Source of the DNA: Gemmatimonadota bacterium
GTDB lineage: Bacteria; Gemmatimonadota; Gemmatimonadetes; Gemmatimonadales; GWC2-71-9
Assembly (NCBI GenBank): GCA_039588295.1
Contig: JBDHAB010000009.1
Coordinates: 1-64,000, forward strand
Direction of reading: 5' to 3'
DNA: 64,000 nucleotides
Shown here piece by piece: positions 1 to 9,099 of this stretch. The notes under the pieces are model-generated. The model had not been told where the DNA came from. It searched no databases and saw only the letters and a list, made by a program, of their open reading frames with translations. The first letter of the stretch is position 1; the number at the start of each line of letters is the position of its first letter. The position numbers and the translations under genes were made by a program.

Positions 1-9
1 TTCCCGGAG

Positions 10-738
10 GTGGATGGGTTGTATTACATGCGAGCACGGTGGTATGAGCCCGGGACCGGGCGGTTCTTGAGTGAGGATCCGATCGGGGGGATCAATCGTT
101 ACGTGTATGCCAGCGGAGACCCTGTGAATCTCGCTGATCCGACAGGACTAATAGATTGCCCCCCCGGGGAACACGTGACTTGGATTCTGGTGCAGGATGA
201 CGAAGGAGGCTCGAGCTGGGAACCGCGGTGCGTTAAGGGGGGGTCCGGCACTCCGGTGTTGGAACCGGTTCAGGTCGTAGCCCCCGCCCCTCTGTACTTC
301 CCATCGGTCTTCAGCGGTGGCTTCGGCAACCGAGGGCCACGTTGGACATTCGCGAGAGGCCCGAGTATCCCAGCAGGTTTCTTGTCGGGAAGCGCGGGGC
401 CTCCGTCCCAGCAGGACGTGGCGCAGCACGTCCGCACTCCCCAGCAGTGCTTCGACGAGAGCATCGCACCAGTTGCCAAGTTCATCCGCGGTTCTTGGGA
501 GGCGATCACCGGCGTGAGCGCCGTCGCAACTGTCGTGCGGTTCACCGGAGGTCTCACTTCGCGACGCGGGACTGTCTTAAGAAACTTCAAAGGCCGGCCG
601 GTGTTCGGCGGCGCGATGAGGGCCGTAGGTGGGTTCGCCTTTGACAGTACTGTGTGGCTCACCGCTGGTGTGGCGGGTCTCGCGTCTTCGTATCTTGCAG
701 CCACCTCGGTTATCTGCGATATCAACCCGAACTATTAG
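10..738 (+). CDS. RHS repeat-associated core protein, C-terminal part (gene probably starts upstream of the window); putative polymorphic toxin
   Basis: GLYYMRARWYEPGTGRFLSEDPIGG..NRYVYASGDPVNLADPTGL is the RHS core ending in the DPxG cleavage motif, followed by a ~195-aa variable tail. Confidence 0.9.
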   Translation: MDGLYYMRARWYEPGTGRFLSEDPIGGINRYVYASGDPVNLADPTGLIDCPPGEHVTWILVQDDEGGSSWEPRCVKGGSGTPVLEPVQVVAPAPLYFPSVFSGGFGNRGPRWTFARGPSIPAGFLSGSAGPPSQQDVAQHVRTPQQCFDESIAPVAKFIRGSWEAITGVSAVATVVRFTGGLTSRRGTVLRNFKGRPVFGGAMRAVGGFAFDSTVWLTAGVAGLASSYLAATSVICDINPNY

Positions 739-762
739 CATGAGGGAAGGAAGATAGGCTGA

Positions 763-1017
763 ATGACATCGAATCCGACTGGTACTCATCACAGTGGCGA
801 CGTTGAGGAGCTTCGGGAGCGACTAGCGCAAGCTGTGACCATCGCAATCGCGCTATTTCTTGCCAGCTTCGTTCTCGGAGCAGTTGCTGGGTGGGGTGCG
901 GGTCTGGTGGGCAGAAAGCCGCTTTCGGCTCTGGTAATGGTCGCGTCCGCGCTCATTGGTTTGGGAATCGTGATTTGGAGATACTACTTGGTGAGTCGGC
1001 CGATGCTTCGCGACTGA
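763..1017 (+). CDS. Small two-helix membrane protein, candidate RHS immunity protein
   Basis: 84 aa, two hydrophobic segments, directly downstream of the RHS tail. Confidence 0.55.
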   Translation: MTSNPTGTHHSGDVEELRERLAQAVTIAIALFLASFVLGAVAGWGAGLVGRKPLSALVMVASALIGLGIVIWRYYLVSRPMLRD

Positions 1018-1373
1018 AGATGACGTCCAAGGTGTAGATAATGCGCTCTGACGCGCCTATCTGCGCGGATCTGATGAGGGGCTCTGCGGATTCTGGGAAT
1101 TGGGGGGGTACTACGATGATCGCCGACGATCGCAGGTCCACGCCAAATAGCAGGAAACCAACGGAATAGCCGACTGTGATAGTCGGTGAGCGTCCAGAGC
1201 GGCGAACTCGTGGGGACTCGCAGTGATTGGGCGCGGCAGCGTAGCGCTGCGTGGGTTCCCGAACACCGGGGAGTGGTTGCGCACGACGCGGCAGGAATCC
1301 AGGCCAATGAGGAGCCGACAACCCACGGTCTTAGAGCAGTCGATTGGGGTTGACGGATTGTGACGTCGAGAGC

Positions 1374-1419
1374 TGGATAGTGTGACAAATCGTGCGGTCG
1401 ATCTTGGATAGTGTGACAA
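1374..1419. repeat. 15-bp direct repeat TGGATAGTGTGACAA (2 copies)
   Basis: Exact copies at 1374-1388 and 1405-1419; a third TGTGAC core at 1359-1364. Confidence 0.8.
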
Positions 1420-1705
1420 GATGTCGCGGTTTGGGCGTTTCTCGGGCCGCTCTCCAGGCGTGTGCCTTCAGCCGCTCGGCCACCTGTCCTGGGAATGCTA
1501 AGCGGTTGAAAAAAGACGAGATCGGGAAGCGGCGTCAAGCGGTGCGGCGGAGGGCCTTCCACGGGAGATCCGTGAGTCCGCGGCGGATTTCCGACGAACG
1601 CGCTGCCACACCGCAGCGGTGTGCTACCGCTCGATCAAATCGGCTCCGACACTGTGCACTGGTGGCAGCCGCCTCGCCGGTCGCCACCAGCCGCGGAGCG
1701 CAGAA

Positions 1706-2263
1706 CTACCTTCCAACCACTACCGCCCGAGACGGCATCACCACGTCGAGTGTGACGTCCCCGAAGTCCTGCTCAATAACGGTCAGCTCGTGGACCTGCA
1801 CCTCGAGTCCGGCGACGTAGTCTGCCGCCGCAACCTCCATCTCGATCGCGAACAGCACGTCGCTCTTCAACCCGTTGGGTGCCGCGCCCGCGGCCTTCAC
1901 CAACCCCGGCCCGGCGGTGAGATTGATCGCCCGGAGCACGCCATCATCTAACGTCGCTGCTTCGATCGGCTGGAGCTTTTCGGGATCGTACACCACATCC
2001 ACGAGATAGCCGGTCGGCGTGAGTGCGACGTCTACCGCTCGCACTTTGCCGGTCAGCGTGATGCGGGTGCCCGGGGTCGCAGCATCGTTGTCCACAGTGA
2101 GATAGACATTCACACCGGGTTTGAGAACGGCCTCCTCCGCGGATTCCCGTGGTCGCGTGGCCTCGTCGGTGCAGGCGCTCAAACCCGCGACAAGTACCAG
2201 GCCGACCGACAGGAACGCGGCGGTCACCAGCGAGTTCCTTCCCGGCTTTGCGTATCTAGACAT
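1706..2263 (-). CDS. Lipoprotein with cohesin-like beta-sandwich domain
   Basis: RBS GAGGAGGAG before ATG 2263; lipobox LSAC; cohesin-like pattern (VVYDPEKL...NLTAGPGLVKAAGAAPNG...LFAIEMEV). Confidence 0.65.
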   Translation of the reverse strand: MSRYAKPGRNSLVTAAFLSVGLVLVAGLSACTDEATRPRESAEEAVLKPGVNVYLTVDNDAATPGTRITLTGKVRAVDVALTPTGYLVDVVYDPEKLQPIEAATLDDGVLRAINLTAGPGLVKAAGAAPNGLKSDVLFAIEMEVAAADYVAGLEVQVHELTVIEQDFGDVTLDVVMPSRAVVVGR

Positions 2264-2316
2264 CTCTCCTCCTCTACTCCACCGGTGGCGAGACTCCATC
2301 TGAGGATGCGTCCGCA

Positions 2317-3159
2317 TCACGGTAGCTGACAGTTCTCCAATGCGTACTTGTCGATGCGATGGTAACTGGGCACGCCGATGCCGACGAGCCGGCGCAGGAT
2401 GTAGACGGCATCCATGCTGCTCACGGCAGCGTCACGGTCCACGTCACCGAGGTCGATGTCACACGTGCCGCAGATCGGCAGGGCCACGAGATGCCGGAGA
2501 ATCTGGACCGCATCGGCAACACCCACCGCCGCATCGCGTGTGACGTCGGCGAAGGCATACTCAGCCACGCCGATCCCCTCCGGTGGCGGCACCTCGAGAT
2601 CGGGCAGCAGATCCTCTGCCAGTTCTCCACTCAGCTCGGTGATGTACTTCTCCGGCAGGGATACGCAGTCACCAGGCTGGGCAGATGCCGGAAGAAAGAG
2701 GACCAGCGTGTCCAGCGTGACCTGCGGCACCCCCACGGCATCCGCCCGCGCCGCGACGCAGCGCACCCATTCATAGTGGTGATCCGGAAACGTCCCTCCT
2801 TGAACACAGCATCCTCCCCACTCGAACAGGCCTCCGAAGTCTCCTTCCTGCAAGATGGGGGGTGACGGGTGCGGGGTACCCATGTCATCGGGCATGACCA
2901 TTGAGTCTCGAATGCCGGCGACCGGTAGATTGGTTGTGCCATCCCTGCTGTAGAGGATCTGTGGGAGCCAGAAATACTCACCGCGGATGGCGCGCGTATC
3001 CGCGACGTCGGGCCACGCGGCGTTGCTGATGCCCTCTCTGACGAACCGTGCGACGTACGGCTCCGTCTGCGACCAGAGTTCGGCCGGCAGCGACGCTACC
3101 AGCAACGCGAGCGCTCCCGCGAGGCCGCAGCACCTCGCGACCGATTGTTTCCCATACAT
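2317..3159 (-). CDS. Secreted protein with C-terminal dockerin-like domain
   Basis: RBS AGGAGG before ATG 3159; signal peptide; duplicated F-hand repeats ADVTRDAAVGVADAVQILRHLV and GDVDRDAAVSSMDAVYILRRLV. Confidence 0.8.
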   Translation of the reverse strand: MYGKQSVARCCGLAGALALLVASLPAELWSQTEPYVARFVREGISNAAWPDVADTRAIRGEYFWLPQILYSRDGTTNLPVAGIRDSMVMPDDMGTPHPSPPILQEGDFGGLFEWGGCCVQGGTFPDHHYEWVRCVAARADAVGVPQVTLDTLVLFLPASAQPGDCVSLPEKYITELSGELAEDLLPDLEVPPPEGIGVAEYAFADVTRDAAVGVADAVQILRHLVALPICGTCDIDLGDVDRDAAVSSMDAVYILRRLVGIGVPSYHRIDKYALENCQLP

Positions 3160-3260
3160 GATTCCCTCCTGAGCTGCGAAAGTCACAAGTCCCATTCTCC
3201 GACGGCGCATCAATCGTCCGTCGGCCGTTTCGCTTTCTCGGGACGCTCGCCGACGCTCGC

Positions 3261-4550
3261 TCACGGCGTTACCACGCACACGGTAACCGGCTCGGTTATG
3301 ATGAGCGCGCGAGCCAAGAGATCGATGGCCTCAAACGTCACCGGATCGATGGCCTTCAGTTCCGTGAGGGTCGGGACGAGCTGGGTGCATCCCGTGGCCA
3401 GCCCTTCCACCGAGAAGGTGAGCGCCGTGAGCACGTCGCCCGTCAAACCGGACGCGGAGACGCCCGAGAACTTGAGCGTGCCGGCGGGCGTCTCGTTCGA
3501 TAGGAACAGGTCCCAGATTGTCCCCGCCGCATCATCGCGATAGTCGAGCAGCGAGGCACTCCAGGTCACGTCACCGACCGCCGAAGTCACCGGCTCCGGG
3601 ATCTGGGTCACATCCAGCTGCAGTGTGATGTCGGACGTGCCGCCCACCGCCGGACCTTCGGGAGCGGCGAGCGTGCGTACGACAACGGCCGGCTTCACCG
3701 TCACGGCCACGCAACCGTCGGCCTCGGGCCCGGAGCTACTCGCGCACACGGTGCTCGTCCCCTCGGCCATGCCTGTGACCTCGCCCGTCCCGGGATCCAC
3801 CTCGGCAATGGACGGCGCCGAGCTCGACCAGGTCACCGTCGGGCCGCTGACCGCCAGCCCGACCCGGTTGCGGACGACGGCGCTCAGTGTCTCGGTCAGC
3901 CCGATCCCTACCTCCGGGTCCACCGGACTCACGTCCACCCATCCATCGTCGTACTGGATCGGAGCCCAGACGTACACCGTGAACTCGAACGTCACGACGG
4001 TCGGGTCCACGTCCCACGTCCAGGTCTTTGCCTGCGACACCTCACCGGTGGCAAGGATCTCATCGTATTGGTGATAGGGCTGATTGCTGCCGGTGAACGT
4101 TCCGGTTCCCGAAGCGTTCGACACGGTAACCGTGCCGGTCCCGCTCGTGACGCTTGGACCAGTGTGGAAGAACACTCGCACACCGTCCGCATGGAGCGAT
4201 GAGCCATCCGTGGTGCCCAGCGCCTGACCGATCAGATTCTGCACGGTCACATCAGCCTGGAATACCTGACTGCCGTCATAGCTGACGTTTGAGGATGTGA
4301 GCTGTACGTAACTGCCCTGCCCACCGAGTGTGATCGAGAGCGAGAGGCCAGACCCGCTCTGTCCATGCGATGAGCCACATGTCAGGGTCCCGGCTTCCAC
4401 CCCTCCACGACACGCAATGCCGATTGCCACGAGGTCGGTCTCCACGACTGTGGGCGCCGATGGGAGCTGGTCGTCGCCGCACCCACTCGCGATGAGAAGC
4501 GCGATAGTGGCTAGGGCAATCCGAAATCGAGACATCGCTCTGCGCTCCAT
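3261..4550 (-). CDS. Surface lipoprotein: conserved N-terminal beta domain, Big_2 Ig-like domain and C-terminal cohesin-like domain
   Basis: Lipobox ASGC; VTWSSSAPSIAEVDPGTGEVTG (Big_2); C-terminal VTWSASLLDY...GTLKFSGVSASGLTGDVLTALTF; N-domain clearly paralogous to the 5605-6609 protein. Confidence 0.75.
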   Translation of the reverse strand: MERRAMSRFRIALATIALLIASGCGDDQLPSAPTVVETDLVAIGIACRGGVEAGTLTCGSSHGQSGSGLSLSITLGGQGSYVQLTSSNVSYDGSQVFQADVTVQNLIGQALGTTDGSSLHADGVRVFFHTGPSVTSGTGTVTVSNASGTGTFTGSNQPYHQYDEILATGEVSQAKTWTWDVDPTVVTFEFTVYVWAPIQYDDGWVDVSPVDPEVGIGLTETLSAVVRNRVGLAVSGPTVTWSSSAPSIAEVDPGTGEVTGMAEGTSTVCASSSGPEADGCVAVTVKPAVVVRTLAAPEGPAVGGTSDITLQLDVTQIPEPVTSAVGDVTWSASLLDYRDDAAGTIWDLFLSNETPAGTLKFSGVSASGLTGDVLTALTFSVEGLATGCTQLVPTLTELKAIDPVTFEAIDLLARALIITEPVTVCVVTP

Positions 4551-4634
4551 TGTTGCCTCCGTGGCCGTGGTGAAACGGCCGACAACTTGCCTACCCTAGT
4601 GCTCGATAACCGCGGAGCGGTTGGTCACACGTTC

Positions 4635-4814
4635 CTAGAACACGGTCGATCCGGTCCCCGGATCTCCCACCCCGGGAATCGGACTGCCGGTCTGCAGCGT
4701 GAGATCCGTGAGCTTCGGGAGATCCACGACCTCAGGAGTCAACCAAGGCTTGCGTGGTCGGTTGGGTTCTGCGGTCTCGGTTTGCCGCGCGCGGCGATCG
4801 TCGTTCGAAGACAT
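4635..4814 (-). CDS. 59-aa RiPP precursor-like peptide (lasso-type leader), missing from the ORF track
   Basis: Manual translation MSSNDDRRARQTETAEPNRPRKPWLTPEVVDLPKLTDLTLQTGSPIPGVGDPGTGSTVF; GGGAG 6 nt before ATG; WxxPxV leader motif and Gly/Pro-rich core. Confidence 0.7.
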   Translation of the reverse strand: MSSNDDRRARQTETAEPNRPRKPWLTPEVVDLPKLTDLTLQTGSPIPGVGDPGTGSTVF

Positions 4815-4846
4815 GACAAACTCCCAGGATCCTGTTACAAGGATCG

Positions 4847-4928
4847 GCCAGGGCCTTGCGGTCTCGTCGTCGGTGGGCGTCCGAATGGAGGGCGTCGCTC
4901 TGGCGACGGGGCCGTCGAGGCCACCGGC
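4847..4928. promoter_or_regulatory. Conserved palindromic leader element, copy A
   Basis: Shares GGTCTCGTCGTCGG, two GGCGTC, GGCGRCGGGGCC and CACCGRCG with 6639-6722; lies ~30 nt upstream of ATG 4814. Confidence 0.6.
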
Positions 4929-5028
4929 GCTGATGGTGCAGTTCCTATGCTAGTGTTGCTTCGCTATCACCCCAAGAACATGAACTGTTCGATTCGCATG
5001 GTGCCGTTCATTGCCAGCTCATACCACG

Positions 5029-6609
5029 TTACGGATTCGCGAACGCAAACGTGACCGGGCAGTAGGAGGAGAACACCCCGGGCGGCCACTCATACTCGTA
5101 CGCCCGGTACGCCAGGACCGCCGGTCCGTACGCCGCATCTGAGAAGAGACTGATGTATGTGCAGACCTCGTTGGATTGGGCAGCCCGGTATCCGCTGACG
5201 TTGATGCGCTCGGTCACCGTGTGACTCTCGCCTTCGCTCACCGAGAAGGCAGCGGTCGTCACGTCGTACATCGGATTGCTCGGGGTGCCCAAGATCGTGG
5301 ATGTCACCTCGACCGTACCCGCCCCCCCGGCGACCTCGATTCGCACGGTATCAACGTCGGACTCCCCCTGACCGTCGGTCGCCCTCAGCGTGATGGTGTG
5401 GCCGCCAACCATGACGTCGAAGTCTTTGTCGTACTCGATCGCCGTCAGTTCGGGAAGGATGCCGAATTCTCGCCATGTGGTGGTGACGAGGTCCCACTCG
5501 ATGGCGAGGTGGCTCAGGTCATTCCGCGTGAAGGAGGTCCCTGTGCCAATTTGACCGTCGAGGTCCGACTCCCAGACAAGCGACGCTCCGGTCAGAGGAC
5601 CGTCCTACGGGTCGGAACCGCTCCCCTGGAAGCTGATCGCGTCGCCTTCGCCAAAGCTGTCCCAGTCCGATGGCGAGCTAATCGTCGCCGTCGGCTCCGC
5701 GTTGGCCGGGGCTCCTTGCCATGTTCCCGAGCAGGTGCTCCCGGACCTGGTTAACTGCCAGGTGCCCGAGGCCTCGTCACCGAGCGTGGTGAATGTGCCC
5801 CCAAAGACGAAGCGGGTCCCCATGGGATCCGTGTGGTCGATGTTGAATTGACGATCGGTGATCGGCCACGTGCTGCCGAACCCCACCGACCCCGAAAAGG
5901 GCGCCGAGCCGCACATGTAGTTATCGAAGTGGAACCAGATAAGGGTGATGGCACTGCTCTGCGCGTTGACGGTGAAGTCCACGGTGCCGAAGGCCGGGGT
6001 GGGCGTGGCCTCCCATTCCCCCGGGACCACCGGGATATCGGTGCTGACGTACACGGAGAATGCGAACGTCTCGACCGTGGGCGATACACTCCACAGCCAC
6101 GTCTTCGCTGCCGAGACGTCGTTGGTCTGCAAGATCTCGCTGTACTCGAAGTAGGGCTGCACGGCCCCCGTAAAAGTCCCGGTTCCATCTGCATTGGCCA
6201 CCGTCACCGTGCCGGTCCCGCTCGTCACATCGGGCCCCGTGTGGAAGAACACCTTGATCCCCGTGACCGTGGTGCCGTCTGGCGTCCCCATCGGTTGCGC
6301 AATCAGGTTCTGGACGGTGACATCAGCCTGAAACACGTCCGAGCCGTCGTAACTCACATTGGTCGAGGCCAGCTGCACATAGGTCCCTTGACCTCCCACG
6401 ACAACCGCGAGCTGCAGCCCCGCTGGCGTACCCAAGGTTGGCTGTCCGCAGGCGACCGTCCCGGCATCAATGTTGGCTCGGCACTGGACCACCTGTGGAG
6501 CCGGTGGATCGAGGACATCGAGGGGCGCCGTCGGTGCGTCACCGTCCCAGCAGGCTGCGGGGGTAAGCAGTGCCAGTGCGGCGCCGCTGAGCGCGAGACG
6601 GTTTCGCAT
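5029..6609 (-). pseudogene. Surface lipoprotein (paralogous N-domain plus PKD/Ig-like domain) interrupted by an in-frame TAG at 5605-5607
   Basis: Frame continues ...GSGSDP*DGPLTGASLVWESDLDGQIGTGTSFTRNDLS...VGGHTITLRATD into the 5029-5412 ORF; lipobox PAAC. Confidence 0.75.
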
Positions 6610-6638
6610 GAGGTTACCTCGAATCCTGCGTACGCGAT

Positions 6639-6722
6639 GCCGTCGAAGGACTGGGGTCTCGTCGTCGGGCCGGCGTCAAACTGCGGCGTCAGTCGGGCGG
6701 CGGGGCCATGGTCACCGACGGC
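6639..6722. promoter_or_regulatory. Conserved palindromic leader element, copy B
   Basis: Similar to 4847-4928; outer stem GCCGTCG/CGACGGC; ~30 nt upstream of ATG 6609. Confidence 0.6.
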
Positions 6723-6953
6723 TGGTTTCGTTCTAAAAACGCCACGAGTATGCTCGGCGGGACATGGGTTCGCAAGTGTAGCACCACCAACACATTACGA
6801 GCTTTTCACTTCAGTATGGTTTGAGACGCCGCATGCCGAGATCAGGCGGCGCGAATCCGCGCGCACGCCGTTCGCATTGTCCGAATCGCTAGGTTGAAAA
6901 GTGTGGGCCTCAGCGCGCGGGTGCGCGTGGTGTTGAGACGAACGGGAGGGAGC

Positions 6954-7967
6954 ATGCCGACGTGGTCACGATCTCCGGGATTCCTGAGCATGATTCGCTT
7001 CATCCGCGATTGGCGCTCACTCGTCAGGATGCACTTTCTCCACGCTGCCCTCGAGTCCGGTTTACTGCAGGCGCTGAGGACACCGGTATCGAAGGACGAG
7101 CTGTTGCGCCAGCTCGAGGTGAAGCGGCCGGAGCTGCTGGACGCCCTGCTCGATGTGGGACTCGCGGTCGGTGAGCTGTCATGCAAGGGTGGACGCTACG
7201 CGGTGAAGGGACGACGGGCGCGATCGCTCATCGGCGATCTGGGTGACCCGCTCGCGGCGCTCGTTCAGGCCAACGTCACCTGCTACAACTCGGTGTATCG
7301 GAACGTGACGGACCGGCTGCGCGGCGCGCCGCCGGGTGAATACCTCGAGGAGATCGGCGACCTGGTCGCCAGAGTTTCCAAGCTGGCAGAACCGTACGTC
7401 CGCAAGTTCATCAAACGCGCTGTGGCGGGCCGAGGACGGATGCGGATACTCGACGTGGGTTGCGGGTCGGGTGTGTATCTCAAGGCCGCCCATGAAGTCA
7501 ATTCGGAGGCCACGGGTGTTGGCATCGACATGGACGGAGCGGTGGTGGAGCAGGCACGACGCAACCTGGAGCGCTGGCGTTTGACAGACAAATTCGAGGT
7601 GATGGTCGCAGATATTCAGGTGCCACCCGGCGATCTCGCGGGCCCGTTCGACTTGATCACGCTGTACAATGTCATCTACTACATCCCGCTGGGAGAGAGA
7701 GTGAGCCTCTTCCGTTCGCTCGGGTCGTTGCTCACCTCGGGCAGCACACTCGCGATCGTGACCAGCACCCAGAGCCAGGGGCGGGACCTGTTCGCGGCGA
7801 ATCTAAATGTCGCCACGAGCTCCACGGTGGGAAACACGCCGCTCCCGGCACTCGGCGAGCTCACGGACCAACTCGCAGGGGCCGGCTTCACCGACGTCAC
7901 AACGACGCGACTGGTAGCCAGAAGTACGTTCTACGGAATTCGAGCCTCCTCGGTCTCACGGCGTTGA
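6954..7967 (+). CDS. Class I SAM-dependent methyltransferase with N-terminal dimerisation/wHTH domain
   Basis: ILDVGCGSG motif I; RBS GGAGGGAG before ATG 6954. Confidence 0.85.
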   Translation: MPTWSRSPGFLSMIRFIRDWRSLVRMHFLHAALESGLLQALRTPVSKDELLRQLEVKRPELLDALLDVGLAVGELSCKGGRYAVKGRRARSLIGDLGDPLAALVQANVTCYNSVYRNVTDRLRGAPPGEYLEEIGDLVARVSKLAEPYVRKFIKRAVAGRGRMRILDVGCGSGVYLKAAHEVNSEATGVGIDMDGAVVEQARRNLERWRLTDKFEVMVADIQVPPGDLAGPFDLITLYNVIYYIPLGERVSLFRSLGSLLTSGSTLAIVTSTQSQGRDLFAANLNVATSSTVGNTPLPALGELTDQLAGAGFTDVTTTRLVARSTFYGIRASSVSRR

Positions 7968-8046
7968 TCGGGATGGCGTGCATTGCCTATTCTACAGACG
8001 CCCTCTCCCGAGGAGTGTAACGACGTCTGATCGCGCCGAACGCCCA

Positions 8047-8745
8047 GTGAGCGACGGCACACGCCCGCGTGGCCGCATTTCGTTCGCCGCGGTACCGTCT
8101 GAAACCACGTGGTACCGACCGCTCTACAAACCACTGGTGTTCCTCTCGAACGTCGCGCTGGCAGCTTGGATCTATCCGTGCTGGCGTACGGTTCGGATCC
8201 ACTGGACGCCGTCCCTCGATGCGTTGGCGCGACTCACACGGGACACGCAGCGGCCGCTGGTGTTCTACTCGTGGCATGCCTACGAGCCGGTCACCCTGTG
8301 CGCGTTCCGCGACGTTCCACCTGGACTGAGGCCGACCGGCATTGGGCACGATGGCCTCCTGTCGCGCATGCTGCAGCAGGCCACGGCGTGGTTCGGGTTC
8401 CGGGTGTGGATCTATCGCCGTAAGTCACCGATCCGGCCGAAGCAACAGATCATCGACATGGTTCGCACTCGCGGGTGCCACATCGGGTTGTTCGCCGATG
8501 CCGGCGGACCCTACGGTCGCGTGAAGCCCGGACTGCCGGAGATCGCCAGGGCGACCCACGCCTGGCTCGTGCCGCTCATCGTACGCGGTCGGCCGATCAT
8601 CAAGCTCAGACGACCATGGCACTACCAGTTCCCGTTGCCGTTTGGCACGCTCCGGGCCCACCATGGGGAGCCCATTGACGGGCGGGCCGCCACGGTGGAC
8701 GGGTGCCAGGAAGCCTTGGACGAGCTCGAAAGCCTGGCGCGCTGA
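8047..8745 (+). CDS. DUF374-like lysophospholipid acyltransferase family protein (start uncertain)
   Basis: FYSWH, ADAGGPYGRVKPG and PLPFG motifs. Confidence 0.7.
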   Translation: MSDGTRPRGRISFAAVPSETTWYRPLYKPLVFLSNVALAAWIYPCWRTVRIHWTPSLDALARLTRDTQRPLVFYSWHAYEPVTLCAFRDVPPGLRPTGIGHDGLLSRMLQQATAWFGFRVWIYRRKSPIRPKQQIIDMVRTRGCHIGLFADAGGPYGRVKPGLPEIARATHAWLVPLIVRGRPIIKLRRPWHYQFPLPFGTLRAHHGEPIDGRAATVDGCQEALDELESLAR

Positions 8746-9099
8746 TGCCCGAGCGGCGAGGAAAGCCCAAGGGCTGGCAGCGGTTGCCAGCACGAGGCCC
8801 GTAGCCATCTGGTGGTGCGGCGTCATCAGCCAAGTCGCCCGGCCGGCAAAAGAAACGACCCCGCAGTTGCCTGCGGGGCCGCTGCGCCGGGAACGTTGGA
8901 GCCGCTGCTCAGAGCTTGACACCCCTCCGCCGACGCGCGTCCAAAGTATGAGATATCGGCAGCCAGGTCAAATCCTGGCGGGGCTTGGACTTGGCCTCGG
9001 CCCGGGTGCGATGTCCAGAATGCCGGACTTTCGGGAGTGCCCACACGACGAGCCCGTCCCATTTTGGGACGGCTCGTTGTTGCCCGGGTTGGGCCCGTC

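Noticed and set aside
5605..5607. Pyrrolysine or stop-codon reassignment at the in-frame TAG
   Set aside because: Single case at a probable Glu position, no pyl genes in the window, and many other genes here end normally in TAG
6694..6710. Tiny upstream ORF MAPPPD within leader copy B
   Set aside because: No RBS and not conserved in copy A (ACG instead of ATG, no stop)
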